A stretch of DNA of 64,000 bases, taken from Actinomycetota bacterium (GTDB taxonomy: Bacteria > Actinomycetota > Acidimicrobiia > Acidimicrobiales > JACCXE01). The stretch lies in the NCBI GenBank assembly GCA_048498715.1, contig JBEHXL010000013.1, positions 490-64,489 on the forward strand, given 5' to 3'. A model generated the notes under the pieces. It was not told the origin of the DNA. It made no database searches and was given only the letters and a program-made list of their open reading frames with translations. A program made the position numbers and the translations under genes. Numbering within the stretch: the first letter of the stretch is position 1; each line of letters starts with the position of its first letter. Positions 57,772 to 64,000 of this stretch are shown one piece after another.

Positions 57772-58905
57772 ATGGACTTCGATCTTCCGGCTGAGGACGA
57801 TCCGCGCCGCCTCAAGGTGCGGCAGTGGCTCGCGGACAACCCGTCGCCTGATGGCAAGACGCTCGCCGAGGCGGGCTACGTCGTGCCGCACTGGCCCGAG
57901 CCCTGGGGCCTCGACGCCGATCCGATCGAGCAGATCATCATCGACGACGAGCTCAGGCGGGCCGGCGTGAACCGGCCGATGAACCCGATCGGCATCGGTT
58001 GGGCGGCGCCGACGATCGCCTACGCGGGCACCGAGGAGCAAAAGGCGAAGTACCTGCCCGGGATCCTGTCGGGCCGCGACATCTGGTGTCAGTTGTTCTC
58101 CGAGCCCGGCGCCGGTTCGGACCTTGCGGCGCTCGGCACGCGTGCGATCGAAGACGGCGACGAATGGGTCGTGAACGGTTCGAAGATCTGGACGTCGCTC
58201 GGCCACATGGCGAAGTTCGGCATCCTCATCGCGCGCACCGATCCCGATCAGCCCAAGCACCAGGGCGTGTCGTACTTCGTGTGCCCGATGGACTTGCCCG
58301 GCATCGAAGTGCGCCCCATCGTCGAGATGACGGGCGCGCACATGTTCAACGAGGTGTTCTTCACCGACGTGCGCATCCCGAAGGAGAACCTCATCGGGCC
58401 GAAGCACGGTGGCTGGGCGCTGGCCAAGGTCACGCTCGGCAACGAGCGCGTCTCCCTGTCGGGTGAAGGCGCCCTCTGGGGGCGCGGCCCGACGGCGAAT
58501 GATCTCGTCGAGTACGCAAAGACGCTGAACGTGACCGACCCGCTGATGCGTCAGCGCATTGCCTCCGTGTATACCGAGGCCGAAGTCCTTCGACTCATCC
58601 GTCTACGCACGGTGTCGGCCGCGATCGCCGGTCGGCCGCCGGGCCCCGAGGCGTCGATCCGCAAAGCCCTCGCCGACGAGCATGGCCAGCACATCATGAG
58701 CGTGGCCAAGGACCTCTCGGGGGCGAAGGGCATGCTCGTGGAACAGAACGAGTGGCACTACGGCTTCCTGTTCGCTCCGGCGTTGACCGTCGGCGGCGGC
58801 ACCTCCGAAGTCCAGCGCAACATCATCGGCGAACGCGTCCTCGGCCTCCCCCACGACATCGACGTCGAAGTCGGCAAAACCTGGCGCGAATCGCGGACTT
58901 CTTAG
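57772..58905 (+). CDS. Acyl-CoA dehydrogenase (FadE17/FadE34-like)
   Basis: WCQLFSEPGAGSDLA, FNEVFF, GGTSEVQRNIIGER. Confidence 0.92.
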   Translation: MDFDLPAEDDPRRLKVRQWLADNPSPDGKTLAEAGYVVPHWPEPWGLDADPIEQIIIDDELRRAGVNRPMNPIGIGWAAPTIAYAGTEEQKAKYLPGILSGRDIWCQLFSEPGAGSDLAALGTRAIEDGDEWVVNGSKIWTSLGHMAKFGILIARTDPDQPKHQGVSYFVCPMDLPGIEVRPIVEMTGAHMFNEVFFTDVRIPKENLIGPKHGGWALAKVTLGNERVSLSGEGALWGRGPTANDLVEYAKTLNVTDPLMRQRIASVYTEAEVLRLIRLRTVSAAIAGRPPGPEASIRKALADEHGQHIMSVAKDLSGAKGMLVEQNEWHYGFLFAPALTVGGGTSEVQRNIIGERVLGLPHDIDVEVGKTWRESRTS

Positions 58906-58906
58906 T

Positions 58907-58955
58907 CAGCCTGTGATTTCTAGGGGCAAAGACCGCCCCGAAAAATCACAGGCTG
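58907..58955. repeat. Long palindromic hairpin between convergent genes (REP-like/terminator)
   Basis: CAGCCTGTGATTT...GGGGC..GCCCC...AAATCACAGGCTG. Confidence 0.7.
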
Positions 58956-60151
58956 CGTTTGAAGGCGCCGTCGCGGTTGAGGAAGTGGCGGTGCCAGCGT
59001 TTGGGGGTGGCGATGATGGCTCTTGGCTCGTCTTCGAAGAGCCATCTCGCGAAGTTGCGACGGGTCCAGCCGGTCGAGCCGGCGACGCGTAGCGCGACGC
59101 GGATGCCTTTGCGGTGGGCGAGGCCGTTGCGAGACAGCCAGCCGGCGAGACGGTTGTCGACGGCCATCGTCTTGGAGATGACGCGCTTGTACTCGGCGGC
59201 GGGCGTCGGGGAGTGCAGGATCGCTTCGGCGGAGACCATGCCCGTTTCGATCGCCTGACCGATGCCTTCGCCCGTCATCGGGTCGGTGGCCCGAGCCGCG
59301 TCGCCGACGAACAGCACGCGGCCGTCGAGCGCGTCGAGTGCGGTCTTTTCGACCCGGGCCGGGATCGGCCACGCCTTGGCCGGCGCCTCTTCGACTGAGT
59401 CGGTGCCGATCACATCGGTGAACTGTTCGCGCTCGAGAACGTCGCGGAACTTTCGGCCGAGTTCCTTGGTCGGCTCGCCGGGCTGACGCAGGATGCCGAT
59501 GCCCACGTTCACGGTGCCGTCGGCGAGCGGGAACGACCACGCGTAGCCGGGACGCAGATCGGTCTCGAACAGCACCCACAGGTCGCGCGAGGCCTCAGCC
59601 GTCGACTTCCGGTACTGACGGAACGCGTGCCACTCACCGAGGTAGCCGTCCTCGTCGGTCGCCCCCGTCAGCTTGCGCACGTTGGACCAGACGCCGTCGG
59701 CGCCGATCACGTAGTCAGCGTCGATGCGCTCGCCGCCGGCAACGGTCACCACGACCGTGCCGCCGACGCCGGGCTCGATGTTCTCGAGAGCGACGCCCTC
59801 GCGTACCTCCGCACCGGCGGCGCGGGCGAGCGACACGAGCGACGCGTCCAGTTCCGTGCGACGCACCACCGCCGCGTAAGTGCCGCGACCTCGCGGCATG
59901 GGAAACGTCACCACACGACCCGACACGCTGCGCACGACCACGTCGTCGACCTTCTGCCAGCTCGGCAGCGTCGACGGATCCAGTCCGAGCGTTTCGAGGC
60001 GACGGAGTGCGCCCGTTGTGAGCCCGTCGCCGCAGCACTTGTCGCGTGGGAACGTGGCCTTGTCGATCACGACGACGTCCGCCCCGCCGCGCGCGAGCAT
60101 GATGGCCGCGGACGAGCCAGCCGGTCCGGCTCCAACGATGACGACGCGCAC
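58946..60151 (-). CDS. Geranylgeranyl reductase family (MenJ-like) FAD oxidoreductase
   Basis: VGAGPAG, FPRDKCCGDG, GYAWSFP, GDAA...PMTGEGI. Confidence 0.88.
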   Translation of the reverse strand: MRVVIVGAGPAGSSAAIMLARGGADVVVIDKATFPRDKCCGDGLTTGALRRLETLGLDPSTLPSWQKVDDVVVRSVSGRVVTFPMPRGRGTYAAVVRRTELDASLVSLARAAGAEVREGVALENIEPGVGGTVVVTVAGGERIDADYVIGADGVWSNVRKLTGATDEDGYLGEWHAFRQYRKSTAEASRDLWVLFETDLRPGYAWSFPLADGTVNVGIGILRQPGEPTKELGRKFRDVLEREQFTDVIGTDSVEEAPAKAWPIPARVEKTALDALDGRVLFVGDAARATDPMTGEGIGQAIETGMVSAEAILHSPTPAAEYKRVISKTMAVDNRLAGWLSRNGLAHRKGIRVALRVAGSTGWTRRNFARWLFEDEPRAIIATPKRWHRHFLNRDGAFKRSL

Positions 60152-61533
60152 TACGCCAGCTTCAGGATCTCGTCGAAGCCCTCCTGCAGGCATTCGACGA
60201 GCACTTCGGGATCGGGTACGGCGGCGGGATCGGAGTTGATGCCGATGAAAACGTCGTTCGGGCCCGACATCAACGTGATGTTCAGCGCCGCGCCGGAAAG
60301 CGGGCCGAACGGGAACGACGACTCCACGAGCGCACCCGCGAGATACACGTCCATCGGCGGGCCGGGCACGTTCGACGTCGTGAAGTCGACGCCCTTGAGC
60401 ATCGATCCGAACAGCTGCGTCGTGAGGCGTGACGGGATGCGGGTGAGGATCCCGGCCATCGGCTCCACGAACCCGAGCGCCGGCTCGTCGCGCTGGGCGA
60501 CGACGAGTTCGCGAATCGTCGCCATGCGTTCGACGGGATCCGAGATGTTGGTCGGCACCGCGAACCGGGCGGGCACGAACTGGTTGCCGCCGGCGGCCGC
60601 CGACGCGTCGCGAATGCTGATCGGCATGCCCATCCGCAACGCCTCGACATCGACACCGTGGCGAGCGTGGTACGCCGCCAGGCCACCGGCCACGCCGCCG
60701 ACGAACGCGTCATTGAGCTTGCCCCCGGCCACCTTGGCGGCGGTCTTGAGGTCCGTGAGGTTGATCGTCATGAGGTCGTAGCGCGCCGACAACGAGCGCT
60801 TGGCCATGAGGGGGGAGAGCGGCTCGAACGCGGGCGCCAGCATGCGGGCGAGCGAACCGGCCATGTCGGCAGCCACCGTGGCGGTCTCCCGAGGATTGGC
60901 GACGGCCTTCACCACCTCGCCGGCGAGGCGCGACAGGATGCCGCCCTGGCGACGCGCCTCGTGCGCAAAGCCGTCCTGAAGTAGTTCGAGAGCGCTGAAC
61001 ACCTGGGGTTCGGGCGTCTCGGGCATCGGGCCGAGGTCGTACGTGGGGTTGCGTTCGAGGTCGAGCATCGTCAGCGCGATCTCGACGCCGCCGACGCCGT
61101 CGGTCACCGAGTGGTGCACCTTCTGGATCAACGCGGCCTTGCCGCCTTCGAGGCCCTCGATGACGTAGAACTCCCACAGCGGACGGGCCCGGTCGAAGCC
61201 CTGCATGCCGATCGGGGCGATCATGTCGAGCAGGTCACGCATGGTGCCTTCGCCCGGTGCGCTGAGGAACCGCAGGTGGTAGTTGAGGTCGAAGTTCGGA
61301 TCGAAGACCCACTTGGGCGGCGCAACGCCAAGCGACGATTGCACCGCGTGCTGACGCAGGCGCGGGATCATGCGCGTCGACCGCTCGATGCGGTCCATCA
61401 GCCGCTGACGATCCGGGGCCTGGTCGAGGATCGCCACGGCGACGATCGTCGAACGAAGCAATGGATCCTTCTCGATGCCCCACATGAGGGCATCGGAGTC
61501 GCTCATGCGGTCGGTGAATTCGAGGTCGGCCAT
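60151..61533 (-). CDS. WS/DGAT acyltransferase
   Basis: RPLWE, VHHSVTDG, SNVPG. Confidence 0.9.
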   Translation of the reverse strand: MADLEFTDRMSDSDALMWGIEKDPLLRSTIVAVAILDQAPDRQRLMDRIERSTRMIPRLRQHAVQSSLGVAPPKWVFDPNFDLNYHLRFLSAPGEGTMRDLLDMIAPIGMQGFDRARPLWEFYVIEGLEGGKAALIQKVHHSVTDGVGGVEIALTMLDLERNPTYDLGPMPETPEPQVFSALELLQDGFAHEARRQGGILSRLAGEVVKAVANPRETATVAADMAGSLARMLAPAFEPLSPLMAKRSLSARYDLMTINLTDLKTAAKVAGGKLNDAFVGGVAGGLAAYHARHGVDVEALRMGMPISIRDASAAAGGNQFVPARFAVPTNISDPVERMATIRELVVAQRDEPALGFVEPMAGILTRIPSRLTTQLFGSMLKGVDFTTSNVPGPPMDVYLAGALVESSFPFGPLSGAALNITLMSGPNDVFIGINSDPAAVPDPEVLVECLQEGFDEILKLA

Positions 61534-61565
61534 GACGCAAAGAGTACGCCGTGGCCTTCTCGGAT

Positions 61566-62903
61566 CTACTGGGCGAGCGAGAGCACCTCGTCGAAGCCGT
61601 CGTTGAGGCATTCCACCAACACGTCGGGATCGGGGATCGCCGCAGGATCGGAGTTCACGCCGATGCCGATCTCGTCGGGCCCGGACAGCAACACCGAGGT
61701 GACCGCGCCGCCCGCTAGCGGACCGAAGGGGTACTGCTGCTCGATCTTGGCGCCGGCGAAGTAGAGGTACATGGGCGGACCGGGAACGTTCGACGCCGTG
61801 AAGTCGGCGCCTTTGAGCATGTCGCCGAACAGCTTCGCCGTCACGGCGGTCGGCATGCGGTTCAGCGCGCTCGCGGTTGCGTCTGCGAGTCGCATGGCCG
61901 GCTCGGCCAGTTCCCGCGCGACGAGTGCTCGCACGGCGAGCATTCGTTCGACGGGATCGTCGATCGTCATAGGCACAGCGAAGCGCGCCGGGGAGAACTG
62001 GTTGTTGCTCTCGGGATCCACCGCGCCGCTGTCGCGCATCGACACGGGCATCGTTAGGCGCAACGACTCCGCTTCGGCGCCGTGCTTGGCGTGGTAGGTC
62101 CGCAGACCGCCGAGCAACGCACTGATGTACGCCTCGTTCATCGTGGCATCGACCGCTTTCGACGCAGCTTTGAACCGACGCCGGTCGAGCGTGATCGTGT
62201 CGTACCGCACCGACATCGAGCGGCCCTTGGTCAGCGGGCTCAGCGGGTCGCCCGCAGCGGCCATGGACCGCTTCAGTGAGGCGACCATCTCGCTCGTGCG
62301 CATCGCCGCGTCACGCGGCGACTTCGCCGCGCGCGCCAGCGTGTCGACCAGACGACGGGTATTGCTTCGGCTCACCCGTGTCGGCTCCGCCGGAAGGTCG
62401 TCGAGTGAGATCTCCTCCTCGGGATCGCGCTCGATGTCGAGGGTGGACAGCACCATCTGCATGCCGCCGATGCCGTCGGTCAGCGCGTGGTGCACCTTCT
62501 GTACCAGCGCGGCCTTGCCGCCTTCGAGCCCTTCGACGACGGTGGTCTCCCACAACGGCCGAGTCGGATCGAAGCCGGCCATGCCGATCGGCGTTGCGAA
62601 ATCGAGCACATCGCGGAACGTGCCTGCGCCGGGGGCGTTGATGATGCGGAAGTGGTAGCTCAGGTCGAAATACGGGTCCTCGGCCCACCGCGGCGGACTC
62701 GCGGTCATCGACGACTGCACCACGCGCTCGCGCAGTCGCGGGATCATGTGGGTCGACCGCTCGACGCGGTCCATCATGCGAGCACGATCCGGCGCGCGGT
62801 CCAGCAGCGAGACCATCACGACCGTGGATCGCAGCAGCGGATCCCGTTCGATGCGCCAGAGAAGAGCGTCGACATCGCTGAGTCGACGAGTGGGGGACGG
62901 CAT
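61566..62903 (-). CDS. WS/DGAT acyltransferase
   Basis: RPLWE, VHHALTDG, SNVPG. Confidence 0.9.
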   Translation of the reverse strand: MPSPTRRLSDVDALLWRIERDPLLRSTVVMVSLLDRAPDRARMMDRVERSTHMIPRLRERVVQSSMTASPPRWAEDPYFDLSYHFRIINAPGAGTFRDVLDFATPIGMAGFDPTRPLWETTVVEGLEGGKAALVQKVHHALTDGIGGMQMVLSTLDIERDPEEEISLDDLPAEPTRVSRSNTRRLVDTLARAAKSPRDAAMRTSEMVASLKRSMAAAGDPLSPLTKGRSMSVRYDTITLDRRRFKAASKAVDATMNEAYISALLGGLRTYHAKHGAEAESLRLTMPVSMRDSGAVDPESNNQFSPARFAVPMTIDDPVERMLAVRALVARELAEPAMRLADATASALNRMPTAVTAKLFGDMLKGADFTASNVPGPPMYLYFAGAKIEQQYPFGPLAGGAVTSVLLSGPDEIGIGVNSDPAAIPDPDVLVECLNDGFDEVLSLAQ

Positions 62904-62912
62904 CGAAAGAGG

Positions 62913-63782
62913 TTACGAGACGACGGCCGCCTTCATCCCGTCGTCGATCGTCGGATGCGAGAAGACGAACCCGGCGTCCAGCAAACGCTTCGGCACCACG
63001 CGCTGGCTCGTCAAAAGCGTGTCGACCAGTTCGGGGCCGAGCAGCACCTTCAGCGCCGCCTTCGGGATCGGCACGATCGTCGGGCGGCGCAAGGCCGCTC
63101 CGAGGGCCTTCGTGTAGTCGGCGTTCGTGACGGGCTCGGGGGCGGTGAGATTGACCGGGCCACTGATGTCGTGATCGAGGGCGAAGCGCAGGGCGCGCAC
63201 TTCGTCCTCCAACGTGATCCAGCTCAGCCAGAACCGGCCGTCGCCGATCTTGCCGCCGAGGCCCAGCTTGAAGGGCAGCAACTGCCGGCCCAGCATGCCG
63301 CCACTCGCCGTCTGCACGATCCCCGTGCGGGCGTGGACCACGCGGACGCCCGCAGCTTCGGCGGGCGCAGTTGCGGCTTCCCACTGCCGCACGACCTCGG
63401 CGAGGAAGTCGTCGCCGGTCGGACCCGATTCGTCGACAACCTTCCCGTGCGTGTCGCCGTAGTAACCGATGGCGGATCCGGACACGAGCACCTTGGGGCC
63501 GTTGGTCGCGCCGAGGATCCCGCGCACGACCGCCTCGGTGGTGTCCACGCGCGAGTCGAGGACCTTGCGCTTCTGCTCGGGGTTCCAGCGCTTCTCGACG
63601 GGTTCGCCGGCGAGATTGACCACGGCGTCGACGCCTTCGAGCGGCTCTCCGAGACGGATCTCGTCGCTTCCCTTCGCGTCACCGCGCACGATGCGCACGG
63701 CTTGGTGGCCGTCGGAGATGAGCGAACGGATGAGGGCGGACCCGATGGTCCCATGGCTTCCGGTGACGGCGACTCGCATCAT
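62913..63782 (-). CDS. TIGR01777 family oxidoreductase (YfcH/SDR39U1-like)
   Basis: TGSHGTIG, VNLAGE, SAIGYYG, FKLGLGG..G. Confidence 0.88.
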   Translation of the reverse strand: MMRVAVTGSHGTIGSALIRSLISDGHQAVRIVRGDAKGSDEIRLGEPLEGVDAVVNLAGEPVEKRWNPEQKRKVLDSRVDTTEAVVRGILGATNGPKVLVSGSAIGYYGDTHGKVVDESGPTGDDFLAEVVRQWEAATAPAEAAGVRVVHARTGIVQTASGGMLGRQLLPFKLGLGGKIGDGRFWLSWITLEDEVRALRFALDHDISGPVNLTAPEPVTNADYTKALGAALRRPTIVPIPKAALKVLLGPELVDTLLTSQRVVPKRLLDAGFVFSHPTIDDGMKAAVVS

Positions 63783-63792
63783 GCGAGTCTTA

Positions 63793-63999
63793 CTACGGGT
63801 TGGTCGGCTCGGTGGATGGCGGCGCGGTGGTCGGCGCGTGCGTGGTGGTGGTGCTCTTCGGTCGCGTCGTCGTGGTGACGGCCGTGCCCGACCCGTCGCA
63901 GTTGATGCCCTCCTGGGGGCGGTAGGTCGCGCGGAACTTGTCTGTCTTCTTCGTGCCGTCCGGGTAGGTGCGGGTCCGTTCGGTGATGACCTGCTTGCA
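63793..63999 (-). CDS. C-terminal fragment of a secreted protein with Thr/Pro tail (possibly VanW family; partial)
   Basis: CKQVITERTRTYPDGTKKTDKFRATYRPQEG...TTTT...*; different frame from the ORF-track call. Confidence 0.55.
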   Translation of the reverse strand, partial: CKQVITERTRTYPDGTKKTDKFRATYRPQEGINCDGSGTAVTTTTRPKSTTTTHAPTTAPPSTEPTNP

Positions 64000-64000
64000 C

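Overview
A 64-kb, high-GC, very gene-dense chromosomal segment from an actinobacterium. Gene content suggests class Acidimicrobiia (inference). It holds about 70 CDS, and I found no tRNA, rRNA, CRISPR array, transposase or prophage. Content is mostly core metabolism and envelope: three WS/DGAT paralogs, three acyl-CoA dehydrogenases, a dprE2-ubiA-dprE1 (polyprenyl-phospho-arabinose) operon, a Liv-type ABC transporter, a split suf system with two sufC copies, LigC/Prim-PolC, vapBC, thiS/thiE, a hydrolase cluster and several secreted proteins (lysyl-oxidase-like LPXTG protein, LARTG protein next to DUF4012 and WecA, Calx-beta/FG-GAP protein). The most unusual signals are non-coding. (1) A structured ~260-nt element at 35.88-36.14 kb carries a 17-nt complement of the 16S rRNA 3' tail, alternative anti-SD pairings and a 13-codon ORF rich in rare codons. 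(2) A 520-bp nested heptamer/14-mer fold-back element lies at 27.3-27.8 kb. (3) Two genes (thiS and a TauE exporter) apparently start at CTG overlapping the upstream TGA. (4) There are REP-like palindromes, candidate Rex, SufR, TetR and VapB operators, and pervasive leaderless or bidirectional promoters. Product calls come from motif recognition by eye; no database searches were run.
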